The position numbers and the translations under genes are program-made. The notes under the pieces were generated by a model. That model made no database searches, was not told where the DNA came from, and worked only from the letters and a program-made list of their open reading frames with translations. From NCBI GenBank assembly GCA_934096585.1, contig CAKOMG010000002.1, forward strand, positions 71,277 to 135,276: DNA of 64,000 nt. The letters are read 5' to 3'. The DNA is from an uncultured Bacilli bacterium. Its GTDB lineage: Bacteria; Bacillota_I; Bacilli_A; ML615J-28; CAG-698. This document shows positions 47,023 to 57,237 of this stretch, piece by piece. Position 1 is the stretch's first letter, and every line of letters starts with the position of its first letter.

Positions 47023-48123
47023 ATGTTTGATAAAGGAAAAAATATAATATTAGAGGAAATGAATGTTAAACCTAATAAGTATTCTGCAAAAGCTATGTGC
47101 TTTATCATTGCTTCCGCAATTATTGTTTTGATATTAAATGAAATTGGTGTTTTTAAAACAAAAACTGTAGAGACAAGAATTAGTATAATTGTTGCATTAT
47201 GTTTCTTAATAATACCAGTAATATTAGTTACTAATAAAAAAATAGTTAGAATACCACAAACTAAATATGTTATAATTATTTTTTCAATTATTGCTGCGAT
47301 GGGTGTAACTACATTTTTATTCTTTCACGCTACAATAATTATTATCTTACCTCTTTTTTTGGAAATGCAATATAAATCTAAAAGAATCGGATTGATAGCT
47401 TTAATAGGGTCACTACTTATTGCTTTTATAGCGCCAGTATTAGGATATGCATTAAAACTATGGGATACAGATTTCTTGCAATATTTAGTAGAAATTTGTG
47501 GAGGGGATATTAGCAATTTTGTTCCCACTTTTCAAGAAATGAACTTGAATTTATTGTTGGGTTTAGTTTTATATTTGTGTGTTCCTAAAATTCTTACCAT
47601 TTTAGCATTTGGAATTTTCATGTTTAACGTTATTTCTAATGATATTGAAAGTGTTAATAACCAAATTAAATTAAAAATGTTTAATCAAATAGATACTTTA
47701 ACTGGCTTATATAATAGAAATTTTTATATGGATTTAGTATCTGAAGAGCATGATAATAAAAACATTGGAATAATATTTTTTGATGTCAATTGTTTAAAAA
47801 TAACGAATGATACTAAAGGACATGAATATGGGGATTTATTACTCAAAAAATGTGCTGAAAGTATTTTAAGAATTACAAATGACAAAATTATTGGTATAAG
47901 ATATGGTGGCGATGAGTTTTTAGTTATTGCTGATGTGGAAACAAAAGAGGAATTAAATTATGTAGTAAGTTTATGGACTGAAGCAATAAATGAAATTAAT
48001 GGGGAAAATGCAGGTTTTGAGTGCAGTATGGCATTTGGAATATCATTTGGTAAGTTTAATAAAATCACTGAATTAATAAGAGAAGCAGATATGATGATGT
48101 ATGAAGAAAAAGGAAAAAAATAG
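47023..48123 (+). CDS. membrane-anchored GGDEF diguanylate cyclase
   Basis: Six N-terminal TM helices. C-terminal 'LTGLYNRNFY...IGIIFFDVNCLKITNDTKGHEYGD...IRYGGDEFLVIA' carries an intact GG(D/E)EF motif. Confidence 0.8.
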   Translation: MFDKGKNIILEEMNVKPNKYSAKAMCFIIASAIIVLILNEIGVFKTKTVETRISIIVALCFLIIPVILVTNKKIVRIPQTKYVIIIFSIIAAMGVTTFLFFHATIIIILPLFLEMQYKSKRIGLIALIGSLLIAFIAPVLGYALKLWDTDFLQYLVEICGGDISNFVPTFQEMNLNLLLGLVLYLCVPKILTILAFGIFMFNVISNDIESVNNQIKLKMFNQIDTLTGLYNRNFYMDLVSEEHDNKNIGIIFFDVNCLKITNDTKGHEYGDLLLKKCAESILRITNDKIIGIRYGGDEFLVIADVETKEELNYVVSLWTEAINEINGENAGFECSMAFGISFGKFNKITELIREADMMMYEEKGKK

Positions 48124-48125
48124 TT

Positions 48126-49007
48126 ATGAAACCAAAAGTTTATTTTTCAAAAAACATTTCTAAAGAACAAGTAGTAAAAATGTATAAATTATTAGGGATT
48201 GATTTGCCTGGAAATGTAGCTATTAAAGTCCATTCAGGTGAAGAAGGTAATCAAAATTATTTACATCCTGAGTTTTATGAAAATATTGTGAAAGAGCTTA
48301 ATGGCACAATAGTTGAATGTAACACTGCTTATAGTGGAGAAAGAAACACTACAGAAAAACATATAAAACTTCTTGATAATCATGGATGGAGTAAGTATTT
48401 TAAAGTTGATTTACTTGATAGTGAAGAACCTGATTTTATCGTTAAAATTCCTAATGGAATAGTTTTGAAAGAAAATCATTTAGGAAAAAATATAAATAAT
48501 TATGATTCAATGTTAGTCATTTCTCATTTTAAGGGTCATCCAATGGGAGGATATGGTGGTGCACTTAAACAACTTTCTATTGGGTGTGCATCAAGTAGAG
48601 GTAAGACTTGGATTCATTCTGGAGGCAAAAGTTTAGATCAATACACATTATGGAATAATTTATCTTCACAAAACGTATTTTTACAATCAATGGCTGATGC
48701 AGCAAGCTCTGTATGCAAATTATTTAAAGGGAAGATTGCTTTTATTAATGTTATGTGCAATATGTCTGTTGATTGTGATTGTTGCAGTGTGGCAGAAGAC
48801 CCATGCTTAAAAGATATTGGAATTTTGGCTTCATTAGATCCGGTAGCTATTGATCAAGCTTGTATTGATTTGGTTATGAATTCTAATGATCCAGGTAAAG
48901 AACATTTTATGGAAAGAGTAAATTCAAGAAACGGATTATATACAATTGAAGCAGCTCACAAATTAAATGTAGGTTCTTTAAATTATGAATTAATAGAAGT
49001 TGAATAA
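48126..49007 (+). CDS. DUF362-like protein with a C-terminal Cys cluster
   Basis: 'NGTIVECNTAYSGERNT...NYDSMLVISHFKGHPMGGYGGALKQLSIGCASS...CNMSVDCDCCSV' resembles the remembered DUF362 family. Starts 2 nt after the GGDEF stop. Confidence 0.5.
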   Translation: MKPKVYFSKNISKEQVVKMYKLLGIDLPGNVAIKVHSGEEGNQNYLHPEFYENIVKELNGTIVECNTAYSGERNTTEKHIKLLDNHGWSKYFKVDLLDSEEPDFIVKIPNGIVLKENHLGKNINNYDSMLVISHFKGHPMGGYGGALKQLSIGCASSRGKTWIHSGGKSLDQYTLWNNLSSQNVFLQSMADAASSVCKLFKGKIAFINVMCNMSVDCDCCSVAEDPCLKDIGILASLDPVAIDQACIDLVMNSNDPGKEHFMERVNSRNGLYTIEAAHKLNVGSLNYELIEVE

Positions 49008-49010
49008 AAG

Positions 49011-49041
49011 AAAAAAGGCACTTTTTGAAGTGCCCTTTTTT
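49011..49041. terminator. bidirectional intrinsic terminator between convergent operons
   Basis: A6-GGCACTT-TTTG-AAGTGCC-T6. Confidence 0.65.
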
Positions 49042-49771
49042 AATTCTTTTTCATTTTTTTAGAATAAACAAAAATTCCTAAACTATAAATGAGAAGTATA
49101 TAAATCATAATATTTATAATGTATTTGAATATATTATTAAAATCGCCCGAACAAACATTTTGAAGTAATGATGTCGATGCTTTAAAAGGAAGTATATCCA
49201 TAACTTTAATTATTGCTTTACTCATTGTATTTGTTGGAAACCACATACCACTTAAAATAGATTGGCACATAATAATAATTGATGATATTCCACCTATGGA
49301 TTTTTCATTGCATAGACTACCAAACAATATTCCCAAGCCAATAAATAAAGTAGAAATAAAAAGTGAGACAACAATCCCTAATAAAAGATTAATAGAAAAG
49401 AATGTTGAATCAAGGAAAGAAGCAACTCCAAAAAACAAAATAGATTGAATTAATGAAATTGGAATCATAGAAATAGAATAACCAAAAATAAATTCCCATG
49501 ATTTCATAGGTGATGAATATAATCTTATTAAAAAAGAAGAAGACCTATCCATTGATATTAGTAAACCATTAAACAAAGTGATAAATGAATAACTGAATAC
49601 AACAATACCAGGAGCAAAATATTTAATTTCAAATTGACTTGTTAATCCATTAAATAAGTAATAAAATAGAATTAACATTATAAAAGGAAGAGCTAACAAA
49701 AAAACTAAACTTAAAGGATCTCTTAAAATTTCTTTAATATTTCGAGATGCAAAAATTAAACTTCTTTTCAT
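49040..49771 (-). CDS. ABC-2 family transporter permease
   Basis: 6-TM ABC-2-type membrane protein, directly downstream of an ABC ATPase gene on the minus strand. Confidence 0.7.
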   Translation of the reverse strand: MKRSLIFASRNIKEILRDPLSLVFLLALPFIMLILFYYLFNGLTSQFEIKYFAPGIVVFSYSFITLFNGLLISMDRSSSFLIRLYSSPMKSWEFIFGYSISMIPISLIQSILFFGVASFLDSTFFSINLLLGIVVSLFISTLFIGLGILFGSLCNEKSIGGISSIIIMCQSILSGMWFPTNTMSKAIIKVMDILPFKASTSLLQNVCSGDFNNIFKYIINIMIYILLIYSLGIFVYSKKMKKN

Positions 49772-50506
49772 TTAAATTTCCTTTCTAGTAGCGATACTAA
49801 CAAATGCATCTTCAAATGTTTTAGTATTTGTACTTTCTTTTATTTCGTCACTTGTTCCGAGTGCTTTTAATTTTCCATTTATCATTATACCAATTCTATT
49901 TGCAAGTTTTTCGGCTTCTTCAAGATAATGCGTAGTTAAAATAATAGTTATATGTCCTTTAAGTGATTCTATTATGTCCCATAATTCGCGTCTGGCTAAA
50001 ACATCTAAACCAAGAGTTGGCTCATCTAAAAATAAAACCTTTGGGTTAACAATTAATGCTAAGGCAATAGAAAGTTTTCTTTGCCATCCACCAGATAATT
50101 TTCCGCTTTTTTTATTTAAAATTGGTGTTAGTGAAAACTTGTTTGTTAAAAAAGAAATTCTATCATTTAATTCTTGTTTAGCAATATTATATATTTTTCC
50201 AATAAACTCTAAATTTTCTTTTACGGTTAGGTTTCTTGCTATTGCTGTTTCTTGCATTGATAAAGCAATTATATTTTTGATTTTATCTTCATCATTATTA
50301 ATACTATAATTGTATATTAATGCTTCTCCACTTGTTGGTTTGGTTAAACATGATAACATTTTAATCGTTGTTGTTTTACCTGCTCCATTAACACCAAGTA
50401 AAGCAAATAATTCTCCTTCATAAATAGTTAAATTTAAGTTATCAACAGCAATAAGATCTTTATAAGACTTAGTTAAATTTTTAATATTTATACATGTATT
50501 ATTCAT
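49772..50506 (-). CDS. ABC transporter ATP-binding protein
   Basis: Walker A 'GVNGAGKTTT', signature 'LSGGWQRKLSIALAL', Walker B 'LFLDEPTLGLD'. Confidence 0.85.
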   Translation of the reverse strand: MNNTCINIKNLTKSYKDLIAVDNLNLTIYEGELFALLGVNGAGKTTTIKMLSCLTKPTSGEALIYNYSINNDEDKIKNIIALSMQETAIARNLTVKENLEFIGKIYNIAKQELNDRISFLTNKFSLTPILNKKSGKLSGGWQRKLSIALALIVNPKVLFLDEPTLGLDVLARRELWDIIESLKGHITIILTTHYLEEAEKLANRIGIMINGKLKALGTSDEIKESTNTKTFEDAFVSIATRKEI

Positions 50507-50711
50507 TATTTTCCTCCTTGAATGAAGGAACTAATTTATAAAATTCATCAGCCTTTAAAATAGCAAGTCCTTTTTCTTTATCGCCAAGAATCATAACAGT
50601 ATCTTGTGGATTAATGTTGAACATTTCACGTGCTATTTTGGGAATGACGATTTGTCCTTTTTCGCCAACTTTGACACTAACTATAAAACGATCATCTTTT
50701 ATATTTTTCAT
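50499..50711 (-). CDS. AbrB/MazE/SpoVT-family DNA-binding protein (70 aa), first gene of the ABC operon
   Basis: 'VSVKVGEKGQIVIPKIAREMFNINPQDTVMI' is the swapped-hairpin SpoVT/AbrB motif (GQIVIPKEIR-like). Overlaps the ATPase start. Confidence 0.65.
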   Translation of the reverse strand: MKNIKDDRFIVSVKVGEKGQIVIPKIAREMFNINPQDTVMILGDKEKGLAILKADEFYKLVPSFKEENNE

Positions 50712-50849
50712 ACTTTTCCTACCTTTCCTACTTATTATATTCTAATTTAACTAATTTGTCAATGCTTAAGTTGTTTTTAATTTTAAAACACTTGTCTTTT
50801 TAATGGATACATAGTATAATTATTATATAACATAATTAGGAAGTGTACT

Positions 50850-51284
50850 ATGAAAGATGAATATTATTTAATAAATAAAAAAATGTTACCAGAATATTTT
50901 AATACAATTTTAAAGATAAAAGAAGAACTAGATAGTAAAAATGATAATGTTTCTTTTTTATGTCAAAAATATAATATTTCGCGTTCAACATTTTATAAAT
51001 ATAAAGATTATATATTTGAACCTATGAAAACATATAATAGCAAAGCTATTTTAGCGTTTCATACATCAAATGAAAAAGGTGTTTTATCAAGTATTTTAAA
51101 TGTACTTGCAGCATCAAATGCTAATATATTATCACTAAATCAAGAAATTCCTATTCATAATGATGCGTATATCACCATAACAATTGATGCAACAGAACTT
51201 AATATTGAAATCAACGAATTAATAACACAATTAGAAAAACTAGAAAAGGTTACATCTGTAAATCTTTTAGCATACGAGGGATAA
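50850..51284 (+). CDS. PheB-like ACT-domain protein (UPF0735-type)
   Basis: Parallels B. subtilis PheB along its length: 'YYLINKKMLPEYFNTILKIKEEL...SRSTFYKYKDYIFEP...AILAFHTSNEKGVLSSILNVLAASNANILSLNQEIPIHNDAYITITID'. Confidence 0.65.
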   Translation: MKDEYYLINKKMLPEYFNTILKIKEELDSKNDNVSFLCQKYNISRSTFYKYKDYIFEPMKTYNSKAILAFHTSNEKGVLSSILNVLAASNANILSLNQEIPIHNDAYITITIDATELNIEINELITQLEKLEKVTSVNLLAYEG

Positions 51285-51286
51285 AA

Positions 51287-52255
51287 ATGGAAATGAACAA
51301 AATATTAAATAATGCAATAAAAAATGATTGCCAAGGCTATGCTTTTTATTTTAGATTAAACGATAATGAAATTAAAAAAGTTAATGGATGTTTAAAAGAA
51401 GAAGGCAGTGAAAAAGTGGATTTTGATACTCATTTTCGTTTAGCTTCAGTTACTAAACAATTTATTGCTAGAGGAATCATTGAATTAATAATTCAAGAAA
51501 AAATAAAACTTGATTCTTGTGTATTAGATATTTTTGATACACTGCCATCCTATTTTAAAAAAATTTATATTAAAAATTTATTAAACCATACATCAGGGAT
51601 ATTTGATTATGAAACTATACCCCATAAAGATGATGATCCGCAAATAAAAGATCAGAATATTTTAACATTTTTAGAAAATACTAAAGGCACATACTTTGAA
51701 CCAGGTACTGAGTATCGTTATAGTAATACTGGATATATATTATTAGGATTAATAATTGAAAAAGAATCTAATATGAAAATTGATGAGTTTTTAAATGAGT
51801 ATGTATTTAAAAAAGCACACATTACTAATACTATAGTAAATTATCAAGGAAAAACAAATATTTCAAAACGTGCTTATGGTCATATTTTAGAGAATGGAAA
51901 ATTGATTGTAAAGGACCAATATTGGTGCAGTGCAACAATTGGTGATGGTGGTATTTATTCAACTGTCAATGATTTAAATAAATGGATTGATTTTTTATTA
52001 AAGGATAGTAATAAATTAATGTTTCATCCTAATGTTTTACCTAATGGGCAAAATACAGAATATGGTTTAGGAATGAGAATAATTAAATATAAGAATGAAG
52101 AAATATATTATCATTGTGGGGATACCATAGGAACTAATACAATTATATTATTTTCTAAACATATTCGCCTTATCTTTTTAACGAATTTAGGGAATATTGA
52201 TACAGCCATAATAAAAGATAATTTATTAAAATATTTGGAAGAGATAGGATATTAA
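51287..52255 (+). CDS. serine hydrolase of the beta-lactamase/PBP-like (class C-like) family
   Basis: S-x-x-K motif 'LASVTKQF', 'YSNTGY' (YxN), and the C-terminal 'HCGDTIG' region. Confidence 0.7.
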   Translation: MEMNKILNNAIKNDCQGYAFYFRLNDNEIKKVNGCLKEEGSEKVDFDTHFRLASVTKQFIARGIIELIIQEKIKLDSCVLDIFDTLPSYFKKIYIKNLLNHTSGIFDYETIPHKDDDPQIKDQNILTFLENTKGTYFEPGTEYRYSNTGYILLGLIIEKESNMKIDEFLNEYVFKKAHITNTIVNYQGKTNISKRAYGHILENGKLIVKDQYWCSATIGDGGIYSTVNDLNKWIDFLLKDSNKLMFHPNVLPNGQNTEYGLGMRIIKYKNEEIYYHCGDTIGTNTIILFSKHIRLIFLTNLGNIDTAIIKDNLLKYLEEIGY

Positions 52256-52257
52256 TT

Positions 52258-53838
52258 ATGAAAAAAACACTTTATATTTTTGTACTTTTGCTTGCTTTGT
52301 TTTTAGTTGGATGTACGGAAGTAAAACCAGTAATAAATCAAAGCAAAATTAATGAATTAATTGAGTATATTGATGATTTGTCTTTAGAAATCAGTGAAAG
52401 TGATGAAGAGTATATCAATCACGGATTATATTTATATGACCAATTAACTGAAGAAGAAAAAAAGTATATAAGTAATTATGATTATTTACTTGAAGCAAAA
52501 GAACAACTATTTTTAATTAAGCAAGAAAAATCAAATATTAAAGAAGCATTAGAACAAACTAGAAAAATGTTATCAGAAATTCTTCCAACAATATTAGAAG
52601 AAAATGATGATTATATTGAATTTTTGTCAAATAATGTTTGTGTAATAAATAGCAAGGAATATAATGTAAAAATTGGTTGGACATCAAGTGACATAAGTAT
52701 TGTTTCAACAACAGGTAAAGTTTTGCATGATTTTAAAGATGTAATGATTAAACTAAATGCTAATTTATATTGTCAAAAAGAAACATTAACTTTTGAACAT
52801 GAAGTACTTGTTAAAAAACAAGAATTTGAAGAATTAGGAGATAAACAAGTGGTAATAGGATATTATTATGGCAATTATAAACCATTAACTGAAACTGATT
52901 ATAAAACTCTAGATATTATTAATTATTCATTTGCTCAAATAAAAGAAGAAAATAATAAATTTTTTGTGGATGTAAAAAATATTTACGGATTATCCTCTTT
53001 TCAAGAATATCGTAGAAATAAAGTAAGAGTATGTTTAGCACTTGGTGGATGGCAAGATGATCCTAATGCTTGGCTTCCATATAAAAATGCTAGTAAAACC
53101 ATAGAAAGTAGAAAGCAAGTTGCTAATTCTATTTTGCAAGTTTTAGAAGAAAATGGTTTAGATGGAATTGATATGGATTGGGAATATCCAACATCTAGCG
53201 ATAGAACTAATTTCACATTATTGATGAAAGAAATATATAATACTTTAAAAAAGGCTAATAAGAATTATATTGTTTCTATTGCTATTCCTGCTGGTACATG
53301 GATAGATGTTAGATATGAACTTGATAAACTGAATGAATGTGTTGATTATTTTAATGTAATGAGCTATGATCTTGAATCGTCAAGTGTTACGTCACATCAA
53401 AGTGCATTATATTCATCAAAGTATGCAACTGCTAGTGCTGATACTTCCGTTAATTATTTAATAGGTAAAGGTGTTAGTAAATCTAAGATTGTTATAGGTG
53501 CTGCGTTTTATGGAAAAATCTATACAGGTGTAGAAAACATTAATCATGGATTAGGTCAAGCATTTATATCTAAGAAGGCCATTAATTATACTTTAATTTA
53601 TCAAAACTATTTAACAAGATTAAATAATGGTGTTACAAAATATTATGATGAAAAAAGTAAGTCATATTATTTATATGATGAAGAAAATAAAGTATTTATT
53701 TGTTATGATGATGTTTTGTCAATTAAATTAAAATATCAATATGCAAAAGATAATAATTTAGGTGGTCTTATGTATTGGTGTTATAATGGTGATGATACGC
53801 ATCAATTAATGAACGCAATAAGCGAAGAAATTAATTGA
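52258..53838 (+). CDS. glycoside hydrolase family 18 (chitinase-like) lipoprotein
   Basis: Lipobox LVGC. GH18 catalytic motif 'DGIDMDWEYP' (DxxDxDxE) preceded by 'LALGGW'. Confidence 0.75.
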   Translation: MKKTLYIFVLLLALFLVGCTEVKPVINQSKINELIEYIDDLSLEISESDEEYINHGLYLYDQLTEEEKKYISNYDYLLEAKEQLFLIKQEKSNIKEALEQTRKMLSEILPTILEENDDYIEFLSNNVCVINSKEYNVKIGWTSSDISIVSTTGKVLHDFKDVMIKLNANLYCQKETLTFEHEVLVKKQEFEELGDKQVVIGYYYGNYKPLTETDYKTLDIINYSFAQIKEENNKFFVDVKNIYGLSSFQEYRRNKVRVCLALGGWQDDPNAWLPYKNASKTIESRKQVANSILQVLEENGLDGIDMDWEYPTSSDRTNFTLLMKEIYNTLKKANKNYIVSIAIPAGTWIDVRYELDKLNECVDYFNVMSYDLESSSVTSHQSALYSSKYATASADTSVNYLIGKGVSKSKIVIGAAFYGKIYTGVENINHGLGQAFISKKAINYTLIYQNYLTRLNNGVTKYYDEKSKSYYLYDEENKVFICYDDVLSIKLKYQYAKDNNLGGLMYWCYNGDDTHQLMNAISEEIN

Positions 53839-53910
53839 TAATATTTTTAAAAAAAATATTGTAATTTATATGAAATTAGTATATAATTTTATCGCTTATT
53901 GGAGAAGTAT

Positions 53911-55227
53911 ATGAAAAAATTAATTCAAGAAAAAAATAATGAACTTTGTTATTATGGATTTAGCCTAAAGGATTTAGCAGCTAAATATGGTACCCCTTTA
54001 AAAATTACATTCTTAGGAATAATTAAGAATCGTATTTGTGAATTAAAAGAAAGTTTTGATAAAGCGATTAAAGAAACAAATTACAATGGAAAGTTTATAT
54101 ATTTAAATGCCAATAAAGCTAACTATGGTGGCATGGAAGTTGAAACAGCTTATGAATATAGTGATGGTTTGGAAACTTCAAGTTATTATGATTTAGTCTT
54201 TACACATGATATATTTAAAAAAAATCATTCAAAAAAATTGTTAGTATGCAATGGTTATAAAGTTAATGATTACATCGATGAGATAGAAAAAGTACATAAT
54301 GAAGGATATAATATCATTGATGTAATTGACTCAATGAGTGAATATTTAGAATTAAAGAAAAGAAATATAAATTTAGAAGTAGGTTTGAGAGTACATTTGC
54401 CAAGTCTTTATAGCGAGGAGCATGAGATAATTAAGAATGATCGTTTTGGCTTAACAAAAGAAGAATTTGAATTTATTATCAATGATATTAAAAATACTAA
54501 ACTTGTTTTGAATACAATTCATTTTCATCAAAGAGGATTTGATTACGAAGAAACTAAATTTAAAGAAAATTTTGTTAAGGCATTTGAGGAATATTATGTT
54601 TACGCTGCCAAAAGAATTGATACAATCAAAAACTATGATATTGGCGGAGGAACACCATTACCAGTATCTGATGACTTTGATTATGATAAATGGGCTAAAT
54701 ATGTAATTACATTACTTCATGATTTAGCAAAGAAGAATGATTTGCCTGATCCTAATTTGTTAAGTGAAAATGGAAAGTATTCACAAAAGGATGCAACAAT
54801 TAATCTTTATAAAGTAATTGGCATTAAAAATACTGATGAACATCCTTGGTATATTGTGGATGGAAGTTTATTAATTGCAATGCCTGAATTTTATGCTTTA
54901 GATGAACCAATTATTGTTAAACCAATTAATGAGTTAAATAAGGAAAAAGCTAAAGCTAGACTTGCGGGTGTTACTTGTGATTGTGATGATGTTTATTTTG
55001 AAGATGATAAAGGTTACATTGAGATGCCAATATCTGATAAGGATTTATATATTGGTTTACTTGGTACTGGTTCTTATCAAAATAGTATGAATGGAAAAGG
55101 TGGTGTACATCACTGTTTACTTCCAGAAGAAAGAGATTTAATCATACATATTGATAATAAAGAAGAAGTAAGACACGATTTACAATCTGTTGAAGAAATA
55201 TATAAAATAATAAAATTTGAAAAATAA
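53911..55227 (+). CDS. PLP-dependent fold-type III decarboxylase family protein (Orn/DAP/Arg decarboxylase-like)
   Basis: 'YGTPLKITFLGIIKNRICELKESF', candidate PLP-Lys region 'IYLNANKANYGG', Gly-rich 'NYDIGGGTPLP', and the C-terminal 'GTGSYQNSMNGKGG'. Substrate not assignable. Start moved to ATG 53911 (RBS GGAGAAG). Confidence 0.45.
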   Translation: MKKLIQEKNNELCYYGFSLKDLAAKYGTPLKITFLGIIKNRICELKESFDKAIKETNYNGKFIYLNANKANYGGMEVETAYEYSDGLETSSYYDLVFTHDIFKKNHSKKLLVCNGYKVNDYIDEIEKVHNEGYNIIDVIDSMSEYLELKKRNINLEVGLRVHLPSLYSEEHEIIKNDRFGLTKEEFEFIINDIKNTKLVLNTIHFHQRGFDYEETKFKENFVKAFEEYYVYAAKRIDTIKNYDIGGGTPLPVSDDFDYDKWAKYVITLLHDLAKKNDLPDPNLLSENGKYSQKDATINLYKVIGIKNTDEHPWYIVDGSLLIAMPEFYALDEPIIVKPINELNKEKAKARLAGVTCDCDDVYFEDDKGYIEMPISDKDLYIGLLGTGSYQNSMNGKGGVHHCLLPEERDLIIHIDNKEEVRHDLQSVEEIYKIIKFEK

Positions 55228-55250
55228 TCCTTCTTTTGAAGGATTTTTTC
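55226..55250 (+). terminator. intrinsic terminator after the decarboxylase gene
   Basis: AATCCTTC-TTTT-GAAGGATT followed by TTTTC. Confidence 0.6.
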
Positions 55251-55310
55251 ATTTTGATATGGAAATATTTATCGAAATTTGTTATAATATCAGTATAAAG
55301 AGGTAAGCTT

Positions 55311-56165
55311 ATGAACTATATATTATTTAATAAAAAATCACAAAACGGTCATTCAGAAGCTGTTTTAAAAGAAATTGAAAAAGAATATGCAGGTAAAGAT
55401 ATACAACTTATAGATGTAATTGCTATGAGTGATAATTATGATAAATTATTTTCTACTTTGACTAAAGAAGATGAAGTAGTTTTAGTTGGAGGAGATGGTA
55501 CATTAAATCATTTTATCAATATTGTTTATGGAAAAACTCTTCCTTGTGATTTCTATTTTTACGCAGGGGGAACAGGAAATGATTTCTTACATGATGTAAG
55601 TGATATAGCAGTTGGAAGAAAAATTTTAGTAAATGATTTAATTAAAGATCTTCCATATGTAATAGTTAATGAAAAAAAGTATTATTTTATTAATGGTGTT
55701 GGCTATGGAATTGATGGTTATTGTTGCGAAGTTGGTGATAGAGAACAAGCAAAATCAGATAAACCAGTTAACTATACATCAATTGCAATTAAAGGTTTAT
55801 TATTTCACTATAAAGCCCCTAATGCAACAATTACTATAGATGGTGTTACTAAAAAGTATAAAAAAGTTTGGTTAGCTCCAACTATGAAAGGTCGTTATTA
55901 TGGCGGTGGAATGATGGTTGCACCAAAGCAAGATCGCAATGACAAAGATCATTTAGTTACAAATGTTGTATTGTATAAAGCTGGTAAGTTAAGAGCTCTA
56001 ATGGCTTTCCCATCGATATTTAAAGGCGAGTTACAAAAGAATACAAAAATTGTTGATGAAAGACAAGGTAAAGATATTTACGTTGAATTTGATAGACCAA
56101 CAGCACTTCAAATTGATGGAGAGACTATAAAGAACGTTACTAAGTATGAAGTGCATATTAAGTAA
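55311..56165 (+). CDS. diacylglycerol kinase catalytic-domain family lipid kinase (YegS/DgkA-like)
   Basis: 'VLVGGDGTLNHFIN' DAGK_cat motif; GGDG loop. Confidence 0.75.
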   Translation: MNYILFNKKSQNGHSEAVLKEIEKEYAGKDIQLIDVIAMSDNYDKLFSTLTKEDEVVLVGGDGTLNHFINIVYGKTLPCDFYFYAGGTGNDFLHDVSDIAVGRKILVNDLIKDLPYVIVNEKKYYFINGVGYGIDGYCCEVGDREQAKSDKPVNYTSIAIKGLLFHYKAPNATITIDGVTKKYKKVWLAPTMKGRYYGGGMMVAPKQDRNDKDHLVTNVVLYKAGKLRALMAFPSIFKGELQKNTKIVDERQGKDIYVEFDRPTALQIDGETIKNVTKYEVHIK

Positions 56166-56241
56166 TGGGACAAAAATCAATTATAGTGGTTTGACAAAAA
56201 TTGTCGAAAATGATAATATTAATGAAGAAGGAGAAAATAAA

Positions 56242-57111
56242 ATGTTTGTACTTTTTACGGATACAGATACTGATATGACACCTAACTTAGCCAAGGAATT
56301 CGGATATAATTTGATTATTATGCCTTATATGATTGGTAATAAAGAAGTTAAACCATATGTTGATTATCAAGTATTTGATGATAAAAAATATTATGATTTG
56401 CTTAGAAAAGGGACAATTCCTAAAACTAATGCTATTAGCCCTTATGATTATATGACTTATTTTGAACCATTTTTTAAAGAAGGAAAAGATATTCTTTATG
56501 TTCATTTTTCTTCTGCTATGTCAGGAACATTTAATGCAATGAATATTGCTTTAGATGAACTATATGAAAAATATCCAGATAGAAAATTATATACAATTGA
56601 TACTAAAGGTATTTCTGCTTTGAGTTTAAATATCGTAAAAGCAGTAGGTGATTTATATAAACAAGGAAAATCGTTAGAAGAGATATTAGCGTGGGCTGAT
56701 ACGGAAGTTGATAAGTATGCAATTTATTTTTATGCGGATGATTTAAAGTTCTTTGGAAGAAGCGGTCGTGTTTCTAATTTCTCTGCTTTTATGGGTAATA
56801 TGTTTGGTGTTCATCCAATTATTTATATTGGTGAAGATGGAAAGATGACTACAATTAACAAAGCTAATGGAAGAAAAGGAAGCTTGAAAAAAATGATGGA
56901 GTATGTTATTAATCTTCAAGATGATATTAAAAAACATCGCGTTATTATTGCTCATACAGATGCTTTAGATTTAGCAGAATTACTTGGTAATATGTTAAAG
57001 GAACAATTTGGTGAAGATTTAGAAATAGAATATGGTCCAGTTAACCCAACTATTGGTGCACATTGTGGCCCTGATTGTGTTGGTGTTAGTTTTCATGCCA
57101 TTCATAGGTAA
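56242..57111 (+). CDS. degV: DegV family fatty-acid-binding protein
   Basis: 'MFVLFTDTDTDMTPNLAKEFGYNLIIMPY' is a typical DegV N-terminus. RBS GGAG before ATG 56242. Confidence 0.8.
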   Translation: MFVLFTDTDTDMTPNLAKEFGYNLIIMPYMIGNKEVKPYVDYQVFDDKKYYDLLRKGTIPKTNAISPYDYMTYFEPFFKEGKDILYVHFSSAMSGTFNAMNIALDELYEKYPDRKLYTIDTKGISALSLNIVKAVGDLYKQGKSLEEILAWADTEVDKYAIYFYADDLKFFGRSGRVSNFSAFMGNMFGVHPIIYIGEDGKMTTINKANGRKGSLKKMMEYVINLQDDIKKHRVIIAHTDALDLAELLGNMLKEQFGEDLEIEYGPVNPTIGAHCGPDCVGVSFHAIHR

Positions 57112-57121
57112 ATTCTATTAA

Positions 57122-57151
57122 TAGTAGAGAGATTTATTTCTTTCTACTTTT
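57122..57151 (+). terminator. intrinsic terminator after degV
   Basis: AGTAGAGAGA-TTTATT-TCTTTCTACT (one G.U pair) followed by T5. Confidence 0.55.
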
Positions 57152-57237
57152 TAATTTTAATCAATAGATAAAATTAATTATTAGTTTATTGTTATTTAAG
57201 TTATATTATTATAAAATATAAACAAGAGGTGGACATA